Source of the DNA: Nitrospirota bacterium
Lineage (GTDB): Bacteria; Nitrospirota; UBA9217
Assembly (NCBI GenBank): GCA_963749655.1
Contig: CAVVOB010000013.1
Span: 224,001-288,000, forward strand
Direction of reading: 5' to 3'
Length of the DNA stretch: 64,000 nt
Of this stretch, positions 20,950 to 32,147 are shown one piece after another (the first letter of the stretch is position 1; each line of letters begins with the position of its first letter). A program made the translations under genes and the position numbers. The notes beneath the pieces are model-generated. The model made no database searches, was not told the origin of the DNA, and saw nothing but the letters and a program-made list of their open reading frames with translations.

Positions 20950-22474
20950 ATGCAGAATGCACAGGGTTTAGGCAGGCGGGACTTTATCAAGGGCGTGGCA
21001 ATGGCCGCGCTCGCTTCAGGCTTTATCAGTTCCCGGCAGGCGCGGGCATGTGAGGAACATGAGGAACAGTCTCATCTGCCGGAGGGCTTAACTGCCGAGC
21101 TCCAGGCCCCTCCGCAGATCACGGCAGCGCGGGGCAGTGAAAAATTCTGGAGTCAGGTGCGGAAGGCCTTTCCTCTCCCCGAGAATTACATCCACATGAA
21201 CACCGGCACCACGGGCTCTCAGCCCCTCTTCTCGCTCATCAATCTCGGCGTCTACAATCTTTATAAATCGCTCGACCCCCGGGACTGGAGCGCGAATCTC
21301 AACGAAAAATTCCCGGACCTCCTCCCAATCACGACCTCAGCCATCGCCGCGCGCCAGGCAGCGATCGCGTCGATGTACAATGCCAACGCCGACGAGATCG
21401 TGCTGTCCTACAACACCACCGATGCGTGCAATCTCATCTTTGCCGGCACGCCCTGGAACGCCGGCGACAGGATCATCACGACCCACTGGGAACATGCGGC
21501 CCTTACCGGCCCCATTGCCTGGGCGCGCGACTACCGCGGCGTCGACGTGCGCATCGTGGAGCTGCCGTCGAACTTCACGTCGTCAGCTACCAAGGCCGAC
21601 GTGCTGGCTCTTTTCGAGACAGGAGCTCGTCCGGGGCCTCGGAGCGGGCAACAAGCAGTACATCGCAGTGAGCGAGGTCTTCTACAAGAACGGATTGCGC
21701 ATGCCGGTCAAAGAGATCGCCGCGCTCGCCCGAAACCACGGCGCCTACACGATCATCGACTCGGCCCACGGCTGGGGCCAGCTGCCCGTCGATTGTCATG
21801 ATTACGGCGCGGACTTCATCTGCGGCGCGGGGCACAAGTGGCTGTGCGGCGGACCGGGAACGGGCATCTTCTACATCCGCAACGCCGGCTCCGGCCTGCC
21901 GCCCTTCAACCTGGGGAACTGGAGCTCTTACGGCAACCTGTTCATCAGCCCGAGCGTCCGGTACGACAACCGGAACTGGTCGCCTGCCGGGTCCATGCAG
22001 GGCCGCGGAGAAACGAACACTCCGGCGCTTTTTGCCATGACCGATTCGGCCGCGTTCTTCAGCACCGTCGGCATCCGGGACATCTACGACCGCGGCGTCG
22101 CCCTCGGCAATCATCTTAAACAAAAAGTAGCCGCTCAGTGGGGCAGCCGGGCCCTCTGGATCCAGAAAAATTCCGATTCCTCCTTTGCTACGGCGCTCAC
22201 GTCCTTCAATCCCTTCGCCGGCAGGGACGATGCGGCGCAGTTCTCGGCCATGAACACGGCCATGCAGAGCGTATTGAACGCCCTTGCTTCGGAAGATCCG
22301 AAGATCTACCTCAGAACGGTCACATGGCGGGACCGGGCTGCCGACCTGTCGGACAACAGGATCGGCTTCAGGATCAGCACTCACGCCGTGTATAACAATT
22401 TCGACGACGTGGACCACATGTTCGAGCGGCTCGTCGCTGCAATAAACGCGACGGGTCTTCCGCAGTTGAACTGA
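20950..22474 (+). CDS. Tat-exported class V PLP enzyme (isopenicillin N epimerase / cysteine desulfurase-like); frameshift near 21620
   Basis: GRRDFIKG, MNTGTTG, NTTD, DSAHGWG, GHKWLCG, FRISTH. Confidence 0.8.
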
Positions 22475-22486
22475 TGAAGGAACGAG

Positions 22487-22522
22487 AGGCAGGCCGGGGG
22501 GCGATTGCCCCGGCCTGCTTTT
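22487..22522 (+). terminator. Intrinsic terminator
   Basis: GCAGGCCGGGG...CCCCGGCCTGC followed by T5. Confidence 0.8.
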
Positions 22523-22796
22523 ATAACTTTGAAAGTATTGTCCTCATGGCCCTTGTTTTTCAACTGTAACCCAATTCCGTATTTCAGAAATCCGCATTCC
22601 GCATTGGGACTGAGCCTACTCCAAATATACCCTATCAACCGACTTGACTTTATCGGCCATATTCCTATAATCGTCGTATCCAGCCAGATTCATGTTTCCT
22701 CCATCAATTGAAAAACACCTCGACACGATTTTTTTTTCTCCACGGCTGTTCGTCTTCCGGTAGAAAATTGCTTAGGAATTACGGAAACGCGATCAA

Positions 22797-23015
22797 TTGC
22801 TCCATACTCAAGTCGTAAGGCCGGCCGGCACGCTCGATACGACGGCATCAAACGATAATATCCTGATTACCTATGCCGATTATCCGGGCGACAGCCGCCC
22901 GGTTGCGGCTTTTGGCAGTATCAATAACAGATATTTTGTCGTCTGGGAATACGGCCTGACCGGAAGCAAGTACGGCGATATCCACGGAGGTATTGTCAAC
23001 TCGAAGGGTTTCCCG
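22797..23015 (+). pseudogene. Fragment of an extracellular beta-propeller-like repeat
   Basis: PVAAFGSINNRYFVVWE...GDIHG resembles PAVA..YLVVW..DIYG repeats; no clear start. Confidence 0.35.
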
Positions 23016-23303
23016 CCGGCGATATCTCCGTGCTGTCGAATGGCGGTGAGTGGTAGTACGTGCCTTTACGGGACGACGCACAGAGTTACTGCCTTAGGAT
23101 TTTACCCGTGTTCATCCGTGGTTTCAAAGGTCTCTTTTTGAGGATCTCCAACCTTTTCTTCTCCTCAATTCTTCCCCTCGCAGTTGAACAAGTAAAAACC
23201 TCAGCCTGGATAAACTCCCTTCACAGAGAGATATAATAGATACAAACAGGCTTATTGTTGATGTTTCGCCGTGCAAAGGGCCGATCGAGAGGAGGCCTTC
23301 ATT

Positions 23304-23999
23304 ATGAACAGATTTATTTTAGCTATGATAATGGCTGTTGCGCTGATATCAGGGGCCGGACCTGCGTTTGCGCAGGAGAACAGCGGGGTCAGCCTCGGCG
23401 TTAAAATGTGGGTGAACGACTGGACCCATGAGGTGCCGGGATTCTCAAGTGTGACTTCGGACGTAACAACGCTCTTCGGTCCGACGATCGAGGCGAGATT
23501 CGGCGATCAACTGTTTCTGGAGGGTTCCTATCTTGTTTCTCTCAATGATTACGACTTCGGCAATGCGGGCGTCGGGAGCACTGCCCAGCCCGGGACCTTC
23601 AGCCGTGCAGATACGGAGGCACTGGCCGGGTTCTACGTGGTTCCCGGCGTTGGTTTGCTGGCCGGTTATAAATACACGACTCTTGAAGACAAGAACGCGG
23701 GAGTCAAGGACACCTTGTCCGGTCCGCTGATCGGCATCCGCGGAATCGGCCGCCTCGACCGGGTCTACTCAATCTACGGAACGTTCGAGTATCTCTTTAC
23801 GCAGTTCAAGGAGACAGACTCTGCGGGATCATTGAAAGAGAACAGTCCGGGATGGATCTTCGAATTCGGGCTCCAGGCATACTTGACCCAGGTCATCTCC
23901 GCTACCATCGGCTATAAGTTCGAAACGAACACGGGGAACGACACGAACGTCACGGATTCTTTCTCCGGGCTGACGGCCGGCATGCAGGTCGCCTTCTGA
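23304..23999 (+). CDS. Outer-membrane beta-barrel protein
   Basis: Signal peptide, amphipathic strands, terminal Phe. Confidence 0.8.
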   Translation: MNRFILAMIMAVALISGAGPAFAQENSGVSLGVKMWVNDWTHEVPGFSSVTSDVTTLFGPTIEARFGDQLFLEGSYLVSLNDYDFGNAGVGSTAQPGTFSRADTEALAGFYVVPGVGLLAGYKYTTLEDKNAGVKDTLSGPLIGIRGIGRLDRVYSIYGTFEYLFTQFKETDSAGSLKENSPGWIFEFGLQAYLTQVISATIGYKFETNTGNDTNVTDSFSGLTAGMQVAF

Positions 24000-24034
24000 C
24001 AATACTTTCATGCAGCGATTGAAAAGAATTTATG

Positions 24035-24057
24035 CGCAGGCTGAAGCCTGCGGCTAC
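24035..24057 (-). repeat. GTAG-type REP-like hairpin
   Basis: Minus strand GTAGC-CGCAGGC-TTCA-GCCTGCG. Confidence 0.55.
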
Positions 24058-24077
24058 GAATCAGGATATTGGTATTT

Positions 24078-25226
24078 ATGAGGACCGCGTTCATTTATTC
24101 CGATCGATTCGCGCAGTTCGATTACGGCGCGAACCATCCCCTGAAGCTCATCCGGTTGAAGCTCACCTATGAACTGATCCGTGCCTGCGGCCTGCTTGCC
24201 CCTTCGGACCCGCGCGTACGAGAACCGGCTCCCGCAGGGATTGAAGAATTGCTCACCTTTCATACGCGGGAGTATATCGATGTGCTTCGGGCGTCGAACA
24301 ACGGAGAAGAGGTGTCGGGCGCCGAGGAATACGGTTTGGGGCCCGGCGACAACCCTGTTTTCAAAGGGCTCTTCGACGGGTCCCTGCTCGTGGCCGGGGC
24401 TTCACTCCTCGCTGCCGACCTTGTCGAGAGCGGCGAAGCCGAGATCGCTTTCAATATCGCCGGAGGACTTCATCATGCCCGCCCGTCACAGGCATCGGGG
24501 TTCTGCTACATCAACGACCCCGTGCTGGCGATCAAGGCGCTCGTTGCCCGGGGAAGACGGGTCGCCTACATCGACATCGACGCCCACCACGGGGACGGCG
24601 TGCAGTGGGCTTTCTACGACACGGACCGGGTGCTGACCATATCCCTGCACGAGACAGGCCGCTTCCTCTTTCCCGGGACAGGCTTTGCGCAGGAGCTCGG
24701 CGAGGGGCCGGGAGAGGGTTACAGCGTGAACATCCCGCTTCCGCCTGAAGCGGACGACGAGGTCTTTGCCCATGCCTTCAGCGCGGTAGTTCCCGGTCTC
24801 ATCGAGCAGTTCAAACCCGACATCGTCGTAAGCCAGCTCGGTGTCGATACCTTTCGGAGCGACCCTCTAACCCACCTGAACATCACGACGAACGGATTCT
24901 GCAAAGTTGTCGCAATGATAAAGTCCCTGGCCCCCAAATGGGTGGCCCTCGGCGGAGGGGGATACGACGTGGCGAACGTGGCCCGCGCCTGGACCCTGGC
25001 CTGGGCAGTCATGAACGACGCGGAAGCGCCCGAGGAGATTCCCGAGCACTTTCTCCGGCGCTATGCAGACTTCGGCTTTTCGGGCAGGCAGCTGCGGGAT
25101 GACCCTTTTGCCATCGAGGGGAAGGGGAAAACTGCGATGATGGAGGACGCAGACAGGGTGATCGAGTACGTTATCGACCATGCGGGACAGACCGCTGAGC
25201 GGCGACCAGGCGAAAATTCTGCATAG
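24078..25226 (+). CDS. acuC: AcuC-like HDAC-family deacetylase
   Basis: GGLHHA, GFCYIND, DIDAHHGDG, FPGTG, GGGGY. Confidence 0.9.
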   Translation: MRTAFIYSDRFAQFDYGANHPLKLIRLKLTYELIRACGLLAPSDPRVREPAPAGIEELLTFHTREYIDVLRASNNGEEVSGAEEYGLGPGDNPVFKGLFDGSLLVAGASLLAADLVESGEAEIAFNIAGGLHHARPSQASGFCYINDPVLAIKALVARGRRVAYIDIDAHHGDGVQWAFYDTDRVLTISLHETGRFLFPGTGFAQELGEGPGEGYSVNIPLPPEADDEVFAHAFSAVVPGLIEQFKPDIVVSQLGVDTFRSDPLTHLNITTNGFCKVVAMIKSLAPKWVALGGGGYDVANVARAWTLAWAVMNDAEAPEEIPEHFLRRYADFGFSGRQLRDDPFAIEGKGKTAMMEDADRVIEYVIDHAGQTAERRPGENSA

Positions 25227-25269
25227 CGCATAGAGCATGGCGCAGAGAGCAGAGAGCATAGAGCATAGA
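25221..25269 (+). repeat. Degenerate heptamer array (GCATAGA-like)x7
   Basis: gcatagc gcataga gcatggc gcagaga gcagaga gcataga gcataga. Confidence 0.85.
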
Positions 25270-25311
25270 GTAGAGGGCTCTCCGGAAGTCGTTTGCCGAT
25301 CGGACAGAATT

Positions 25312-25773
25312 ATGCAAAAAACGAGCGCGGGCCTGCTCCTCTACAGGCAGGGAGTCGGCAGGGATCGAGGTTTTTCTTGTCCATCCAGGAGGGCCTTACT
25401 TCACAAAAAAGGACGAGGGCGTCTGGTCTGATCCCGAAAGGGGAGCTCGGAAGAAGGCGAGGACCCACTCAGTGCTGCGCGCCGCGAATTCGAGGAAGAA
25501 ACAGGCTGCAGGCCTGAAGGGGAATTTCATCCTCTTGCTCCCATAAAGCAGAAGAACGGCAAGATCGTGCTGTGCTGGGCAATCCGCGGCGAGTGCGATG
25601 CAGATTCGATCAAGAGCAACACCTTCACCATGGAATGGCCGCCGCGGTCGGGCAGGATGCAGGAATTTCCTGAAGCGGACCGGGCAGGGTGGTTCCTGAT
25701 CGGAGAAGCACGGCAAAAGATGATTCCCGCCCAGGTTGCGCTGCTGGACGAATTGATCCGGTTGATTTCTTGA
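25312..25773 (+). CDS. NUDIX hydrolase (frameshifted)
   Basis: SAGLLLYR, VHPGGPY, IPKGE, ARREFEEETG, MEWPPRSG...FPEADRA. Confidence 0.8.
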
Positions 25774-25786
25774 AGCCGGGCAAACT

Positions 25787-27121
25787 TCACTTCTGAGGCG
25801 TGTCCTTGCCTCCCGGCCCGCTTCGTTCACTGTCCAGTTCTGCAAGGATCTTCTGCGCGCAGTTCGGGCACAGGCCATGAGTGAATAAGGCCTCCGAATG
25901 CTCGCTGATGTACATTTCGAGCTGGCTCCAGTACCCCTTGTCATCCCGGATTTTCTTACAGGAGGCGCAGATCGGCAGCATCCCGCTCAATCGTTTGACC
26001 TTGGCGAGTGCTTCCTGAAGTTTTGTAATGAGACCCTCCCGCTCCGTCTCGGCTCGCTTGCGCTCCGTGATATCAGCCGCTACGCACACTGTTGCCAGCC
26101 TTTCTCCTGAGGTGTTTTTCATGACTGATGTGGACAGCGTCAGTGTACGGAGTTCATTCTCAGGGGTCAGGTACTCGATCTCGCGGTTCCGGACAACCTC
26201 CGCGCCGAAGATTGCTTCGAGTTGCCGCATGAAATCGCCGTGATTGGTTATGCTTTTGGACAGCTGTTCTCCGATGAGGTCCTGCTCGCGGCGGCCGAAC
26301 AGAGAGCATGCTGCATGGTTTACCAGTCTGACGATCCTGTCGGGATCAAGGACGATCAGAACGTCGTTCATGGTGTCAATGATCTGCTGGGCCGCAAAGG
26401 CGGGTGTAATGGCCATGAAACGGTATGTGACGATGGAATAGGCCGAGACCACGACGAAAAAATAAATGCCCAGATACCCGAAGGGGTAAAAGGGAATTCC
26501 GAACGCCGGCAGAAAGTCGATGATTCCGATGGACCCCGCGAGAACGCAGATCAGCAAAGTCCTTGCGCGCGATTTTCGCCGCGGGGTCATTGAGGCGGCC
26601 CGCGTCGCGGAAACGAACCTCATCAGGCTCAATGTCATGCTCGCAAAGAAGTACAGGCAAAAAGGCGCGCTCGTCAAGCTGAACCGGGGGTAGAATCCCC
26701 AGGAGTATCGATAGAGGGATCGGAACTGCATGTCCGTCAGCATCGTAAGGGCGATGAACCCGGCGCTCAGAAGCCACAGGCCGAGCACCTTCTTTCTGAC
26801 CCGATCGTAGTCCTGCAGGATCACTGCGCTGAAATGGTAAAGGGCGGCGGGAATGGATGTAATGCCGAAATATGCCGCCCTGGCCCACCACATCGCCCTG
26901 TCTGCGTCGGAGGCATCGTACATCCGCGAGAAGGAAAACAGCCACACAGTCAGGCTCATAGTCAGTATGAAGTAGACTACACTGATGTGCGATGCTTTCT
27001 CGCGGATAAGCGCAATTATGCCGAGGAAGAAAAGGGCAGCAGCGATCGCCAGCGTCTGGATCGAAAGAGAGCTGAAAGCATAGTCCGTCGGAAAAGGATG
27101 AAAATGCATGGGCACCTGCAT
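25787..27121 (-). CDS. 7TM + PAS + coiled-coil protein with C-terminal Cys4 motif
   Basis: HisKA_7TM-like N-terminus, PAS ending DITERK, LPICASCKKIRD...THGLCPNC. Confidence 0.85.
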   Translation of the reverse strand: MQVPMHFHPFPTDYAFSSLSIQTLAIAAALFFLGIIALIREKASHISVVYFILTMSLTVWLFSFSRMYDASDADRAMWWARAAYFGITSIPAALYHFSAVILQDYDRVRKKVLGLWLLSAGFIALTMLTDMQFRSLYRYSWGFYPRFSLTSAPFCLYFFASMTLSLMRFVSATRAASMTPRRKSRARTLLICVLAGSIGIIDFLPAFGIPFYPFGYLGIYFFVVVSAYSIVTYRFMAITPAFAAQQIIDTMNDVLIVLDPDRIVRLVNHAACSLFGRREQDLIGEQLSKSITNHGDFMRQLEAIFGAEVVRNREIEYLTPENELRTLTLSTSVMKNTSGERLATVCVAADITERKRAETEREGLITKLQEALAKVKRLSGMLPICASCKKIRDDKGYWSQLEMYISEHSEALFTHGLCPNCAQKILAELDSERSGPGGKDTPQK

Positions 27122-27494
27122 GCTTGCGTTAAGGAAGAGGGGCCGGTACTCTCCCTGAAAGCGACATTCTCACGCTGTGCTTGTTGTCGTTCTTCGCAAT
27201 AGGAAGGGGCAACCCCCGTATTCTGTCCGCAGCACTATGGGTAATCGGGAGCAAAACAACTATTTTACGAAAAGCAATAATTTCCTGTTTTATTATAACA
27301 TAGAAATGGATTGTTGGCTGCCATGGTAACCTTCTGATTTATTGAATTTATCGGTTTCGTGCAGTTTCCGTCCTGCTGTGTGGCTACTGGAGGGGTGGAT
27401 CCGATCTTCATCCCGGCGGCATTAAGGCAATGCGGTTCTGAAGGAAAAAGCGGGCGCTGACGACTTCGGATGCGAGTCCACCCGATTCGGACGA

Positions 27495-27917
27495 TTACTC
27501 ACGCCCCGCACTCCCGGCCTTCATCGCCGCCAGTATGAGCAGCACGGCGATCACGGTGGAGACGATCGCGGGGGTCAGGAAAAAGTTCGTCCAGCACAGA
27601 ACCGCCACTGCTGTCTGGCATACGGCAAAGGGCCAGGCGAAGGTTCGTGACTGACCAGGGGACGCTTCGATAAGGTCTCCCATGCGCCAGGCAAGAACGG
27701 CGGAAAACAGCAGATACACGGTGAGCAGCAGTCCGAAGCCGAGATAGAGCTCCCCGTAGGTCCGGTTGAATCCCATGATCTCAAAACGGACCGTCCGCAT
27801 GGAGGTGAGGACCGCCTCCATCGCCCCTGTGCGCGGCCGGAACAGTCCGACCGTGTGGGTCAGTCCGAAAAAGACCAGAAGTCCTGATGCAGTTTTATAC
27901 AGCAGCGAGGTTTTCAT
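27495..27917 (-). CDS. Small multi-pass membrane protein
   Basis: 140 aa, about 4 hydrophobic helices. Confidence 0.75.
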   Translation of the reverse strand: MKTSLLYKTASGLLVFFGLTHTVGLFRPRTGAMEAVLTSMRTVRFEIMGFNRTYGELYLGFGLLLTVYLLFSAVLAWRMGDLIEASPGQSRTFAWPFAVCQTAVAVLCWTNFFLTPAIVSTVIAVLLILAAMKAGSAGRE

Positions 27918-27983
27918 CGTTGTTCCTTCTCCGCATCACGTTGCCCTCGCGCGGCCGTTTTCGGCGAGGTAGTTCGACCAGCG

Positions 27984-28020
27984 AAAAAGGCCGCCGGAAA
28001 TGGCTCCGGCGGCCTTTCTT
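27984..28020 (-). terminator. Intrinsic terminator
   Basis: AAAGGCCGCCGGA...TCCGGCGGCCTTT. Confidence 0.75.
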
Positions 28021-28041
28021 CTTCTTGAAATTTCCGGCGCT

Positions 28042-28359
28042 CTAACCGCCGACATACCCGCCCGAGAATTCGGGAATCTGAATGTCTGCCGGTCCCACGG
28101 AAACGGTGTTGTCCGCGTATTCGGGCGCGTCCGATCCCTTCCAATCGTAGGGACAGGCATGGGAAAGGATCTGAAGCTTCCAGTCGATTTGATCGGCCAG
28201 TTCGCAGAGATGCCGCTCGAATTTGCCCGCCAGTTCGCCTTCGAGTTTATAGTTGTTTTTCAGGTTGTCCTGCATTTTCATGATCCGGCCCTTGATCGCC
28301 GAGAGCTCGGTGAATACTTCATCGCAATAATCTTTCTTCATGTCTTTCATAGTCGCCAT
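28042..28359 (-). CDS. Hypothetical helical protein
   Basis: 105 aa, GGAGG SD, terminator downstream. Confidence 0.75.
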   Translation of the reverse strand: MATMKDMKKDYCDEVFTELSAIKGRIMKMQDNLKNNYKLEGELAGKFERHLCELADQIDWKLQILSHACPYDWKGSDAPEYADNTVSVGPADIQIPEFSGGYVGG

Positions 28360-28590
28360 ATCCGCCTCCTGTCGGGGGCCGCGGCTCCTGTTTTGCTCCG
28401 CGTCCGCCCATGTTTCTACTGCTGTATTAACTATATCACGTTCCGCAAAGTCAGGAAAAAGAGGAGGAAGAAGGTGTTTTTTTGTCCCGAGAGCGAACGG
28501 CTTTTGTCAATTTTCTGTCGGACAAAAGTCGGAGGAAGCAGGAACTTTACCCTTGATGATGGTATACTCAAGAACAGGGAGGAGAACGGC

Positions 28591-29646
28591 ATGCAGGAGA
28601 AGATCGCAGGCCCCTTTTCGGTCAACCGTCTTGCTATCCTTGACGAAAAAGGAAACGCAGACGCAAATCTCGTTCCATCAATATCAGACGCAGAACTGAA
28701 GAGAATGTACGAGACCCTCGTCCTTGCAAGGACCTTTGATCAGCGCGCTCTGAACCTGCAGCGCGAAGGACGGCTCGGCACCTACCCCTCCATCCTCGGC
28801 CAGGAGGCATCGCAGGTGGGAAGCGCCCTGGCTGCGGACAAGCCGGACTGGCTGTTCACCACCTTCAGGGAGAGCGGCGTTTACCTTGCCTTGGGATTTC
28901 CCCTCCATCTCATCTTTCAGTACTGGGCAGGCGATGAACGGGGCATGCAGATCCCCGAAGGCATGAATATTTTCCCCTTGAGCATTCCCGTGGGCACTCA
29001 AATCCCCCACGCTGTGGGCGCGGCAATAGGCGCACAGTACCGGAAGGACAAAGCCGGCGTGCTGGTGTATTTCGGCGACGGTGGCAGTTCGCGGGGAGAC
29101 TTCCATGAAGGGCTGAACATGGCCGGCGTTTTCAAGCTGCCCGTCGTCTTCCTCTGCCAGAACAACCAATGGGCCATATCGGTTCCGAGAGAGCGTCAGA
29201 CCGCAGCGCAGACCATAGCCCAGAAGGCCATTGCCTACGGCATCGAGGGCATCCAGGTGGACGGCAATGACGTCCTTGCCGTGTACAAGGCGACAAAGGA
29301 CGCCCTCGCAAAAGGAAAGGACGGCGGCGGCCCGACACTCATCGAATGTTTTACCTACCGGATGGCGGACCATACGACATCGGACGACGCTACCCGCTAT
29401 CGTTCTCAAGAGGAGATCGAGATGTGGAAGGCGCGCGATCCGCTCCTGCGGATGCGGCTTTTTCTGGAGAAGAAGGGGCTCTGGACGGAAGCGTACCAGA
29501 AGGAGATCGAAGCGCGGTCAAAGACTCTCGTGGACGAGGCCCAGAAAAAGGCCGAGACCGCGGCCCCGCAGGATCCGAAGGACATGTTCACCTATACCTA
29601 CGCCACCCTCACCCAGAGGCAGGCGAGAGAGCTCAAGGACTTCTAA
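28591..29646 (+). CDS. pdhA: Pyruvate dehydrogenase E1 alpha
   Basis: [11 protein letters not shown]...NNQWAIS ThDP motif, HTTSDD. Confidence 0.92.
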   Translation: MQEKIAGPFSVNRLAILDEKGNADANLVPSISDAELKRMYETLVLARTFDQRALNLQREGRLGTYPSILGQEASQVGSALAADKPDWLFTTFRESGVYLALGFPLHLIFQYWAGDERGMQIPEGMNIFPLSIPVGTQIPHAVGAAIGAQYRKDKAGVLVYFGDGGSSRGDFHEGLNMAGVFKLPVVFLCQNNQWAISVPRERQTAAQTIAQKAIAYGIEGIQVDGNDVLAVYKATKDALAKGKDGGGPTLIECFTYRMADHTTSDDATRYRSQEEIEMWKARDPLLRMRLFLEKKGLWTEAYQKEIEARSKTLVDEAQKKAETAAPQDPKDMFTYTYATLTQRQARELKDF

Positions 29647-29651
29647 AGATT

Positions 29652-30618
29652 ATGGCTACGATGAATATGGTCCAGGCCTTGAACCTGGCCCTGCGGGAAG
29701 AGATGGAGCGCGACAAGGACGTCGTGGTCCTCGGCGAGGACGTGGGAAAGGACGGCGGCGTGTTCCGCGTGACCGAGGGTCTTTACGACCGGTTCGGCGC
29801 GGACCGGGTGATGGACACCCCGCTCGCGGAAACGGGCATCGTGGGCGCCGCCATCGGCATGGCTGCCTACGGACTGAAGCCTGTTGCCGAGATCCAGTTC
29901 ATGGGATTCATCTACTCCGCCATCGACCAGTTCTTCTCCCATGCGGCCCGCATTCGGGCGCGGTCTCGCGGTCGGTTTACCGTCATCGCTCGTCGTCCGG
30001 ACCCCCTACGGCGGCGGCGTAAAAGCGCTCGAACACCACTCGGAGAGCACCGAGGCCATCTTCTGTCACATGCCGGGCGTGAAAGTGGTTGTGCCCTCGT
30101 CGCCGCGGACGGCGAAAGGGCTGCTGGTCTCCGCGATCCGGGACCCGGATCCCGTTCTGTTCCTCGAACCGACGCGGCTCTACCGGCTGGTCAAGGAAGA
30201 TGTGCCCGAGATCGACTATTCGGTCCCGCTGGGCAAGGCCCGGATCGTCCAGGAAGGGAGCGACGTCACGGTGATCGCCTGGGGGAGCATGCTCCAGCGG
30301 ACGATGAAGGCGGTGGAAGGGTACAACGCCGAGGTGATAGATCTGATGACCCTCTGCCCCTTTGATGAAGAGACCGTTCTGCACTCGACGAAAAAGACGG
30401 GCAGGGTCGTGATTGTTCACGAGGCGACGACGACCTGCGGCCTGGGAGCGGAGCTGTCGGCCACGATCGCCGAGTTCGCCATGCTCCATCTCAAAGCGCC
30501 TATTGTTCGGGTGGCGTCATACGACGTGGTCCTGCCGCTGCCGAAGCTCGAGGACCACTATCTCCCATCAATCGATAAAATTAGAAAAGCACTCGAAACG
30601 GTGCTGCAATACGCCTAG
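29652..30618 (+). CDS. pdhB: Pyruvate dehydrogenase E1 beta (frameshift near 29980)
   Basis: GEDVG..GGVFRVT, DTPLAE, EIQF, HHSES. Confidence 0.88.
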
Positions 30619-30803
30619 AATCGCACCGGCGGCCGTTCGATTGGCATTGCGGCTGCGTTCATATTTTAGGGGATTCGTCCAAATCCATGATTTACCACAG
30701 GCGCGGAGACTCAGAGAAGGTACGAATTGACGGTTTCCTCCGCGACTCCGCGGTTCCATAGCTTTTCTTCCTATCATCACGTTTACAGGAAAGGAAATTG
30801 ACC

Positions 30804-32075
30804 ATGGCGTTCGAGTTTATTCTGCCCGACCTGGGCGAGGGGATCACCGAGGCTGAGATTCGGAAGTGGCTTGTCAAAGAGGGCGATACGGTAGAGGAAC
30901 ACCAGTCCGTAGTCGAGCTCGAGACGGACAAGGCCGTTGTGCAGGTGCCGTCGCCGAAAGGCGGCACGGTCCTCAAGATCGGAAAAGAAGAGGGCGAAAC
31001 CGTCACGGTCGGCGAGGTCCTTCTCGTCATCGGCGAAGCCGGTGAGAAGATCGGCGCGCCCCGCGCCGAAGCGCCGGCACAGCAGCCGAAGCCTGCAGAG
31101 CCCCGGAAGTCCGTGTCCGTCGTGGGAGAGCTTCCCGAAGAAGAGGAAGAAGTGAAACCCCGCGTGCCGCCGCGTCCGAAGCCGGCGTCGGCCGCAGCAA
31201 TGCAGGCCGGGAAAGCAACGGAGGTCCTTGCCATGCCTGCTGTCCGGGCTTTCGCACAGGAGCAGGGAGTTGCCATCGGGACCGTTAAAGGTACTGGCCC
31301 CGAAGGGAGCATTACCCGCGACGACGTGCTCAAGGCAGGAAAGAAGCCCGCGGCAGCCGAAGAGCCGGCCGGCCCTGTCGAGCGGATCGCCATCAAGGGG
31401 GTCAGAAAGACGATCGCGAAGAACCTGATCTATTCCCAGAGAACCACTGCCTTTGTTACGGAGGTGGACGAGGCCGACGTGTCCGAGTTGTGGGACCTCA
31501 GGCAGAAGGAGAAAAAAGCGCTCGAGGGCAAAGGGGTCCATCTTACCTTCATGCCCTTTATCATGAAAGCCCTGCAGCACACACTCATGGACTTCGAAAT
31601 GTTCAACGCGTCGGTTGATGAGGCGCGAGAAGAGATCGTAGTCAAGAAATTCTACAACATCGGCGTTGCCGTGGATACTCCGGAGGGGCTGATCGTTCCC
31701 GTGATCAGAAATGTGGAGAAGAAGACCATCCGCGATCTCGCAATCGAGCTCCAGGACCTCAGCAAAAAGACGCGGGAGCGGACGATCAAACTCGAGGACC
31801 TGAAGGGCAGCAGCATTACGATCACCAACTACGGAGCATTCGGCGCCATCTACGCCACGCCGATCATCAACTACCCCGACGTGGCCATCCTTGGGACGGG
31901 CAAAATTGCAGACAAGCCCTGGGTTATGGGAGACCGGATCGCCATCCGCAAGGTCCTTCCCCTTTCCCTTACCTTCGATCACCGCGTGAACGACGGCGCC
32001 GGAGCGGCGAAGTTCCTGACGAAGCTCGTCGGATATCTGGAAGATCCTGCATCGGTGTTCGTAGAGAGCGCGTAA
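30804..32075 (+). CDS. pdhC: Dihydrolipoamide acyltransferase E2
   Basis: Lipoyl ETDKA, E3-binding GTGPEG, catalytic DHRVNDG. Confidence 0.92.
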   Translation: MAFEFILPDLGEGITEAEIRKWLVKEGDTVEEHQSVVELETDKAVVQVPSPKGGTVLKIGKEEGETVTVGEVLLVIGEAGEKIGAPRAEAPAQQPKPAEPRKSVSVVGELPEEEEEVKPRVPPRPKPASAAAMQAGKATEVLAMPAVRAFAQEQGVAIGTVKGTGPEGSITRDDVLKAGKKPAAAEEPAGPVERIAIKGVRKTIAKNLIYSQRTTAFVTEVDEADVSELWDLRQKEKKALEGKGVHLTFMPFIMKALQHTLMDFEMFNASVDEAREEIVVKKFYNIGVAVDTPEGLIVPVIRNVEKKTIRDLAIELQDLSKKTRERTIKLEDLKGSSITITNYGAFGAIYATPIINYPDVAILGTGKIADKPWVMGDRIAIRKVLPLSLTFDHRVNDGAGAAKFLTKLVGYLEDPASVFVESA

Positions 32076-32147
32076 TCCCGAAAAGGCGGTTGACAGGCTG
32101 TTAAGGGGGAATGCAGCAGAAAATCCTGCGAAGCAGGGTCTTTTTTC

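Noticed and set aside
27394-27483. Possible long stem GGGTGGA...TCCACCC
   Set aside because: Short pairings expected by chance at this GC content; no second copy
28000-28590. N-terminal extensions in the ORF track (pdhA, nth, 19040-19708, 40473-40634)
   Set aside because: Overlap other genes or repeats; family homology starts at downstream ATGs
29975-29990. Programmed frameshift in pdhB
   Set aside because: No slippery motif; one of many scattered indels
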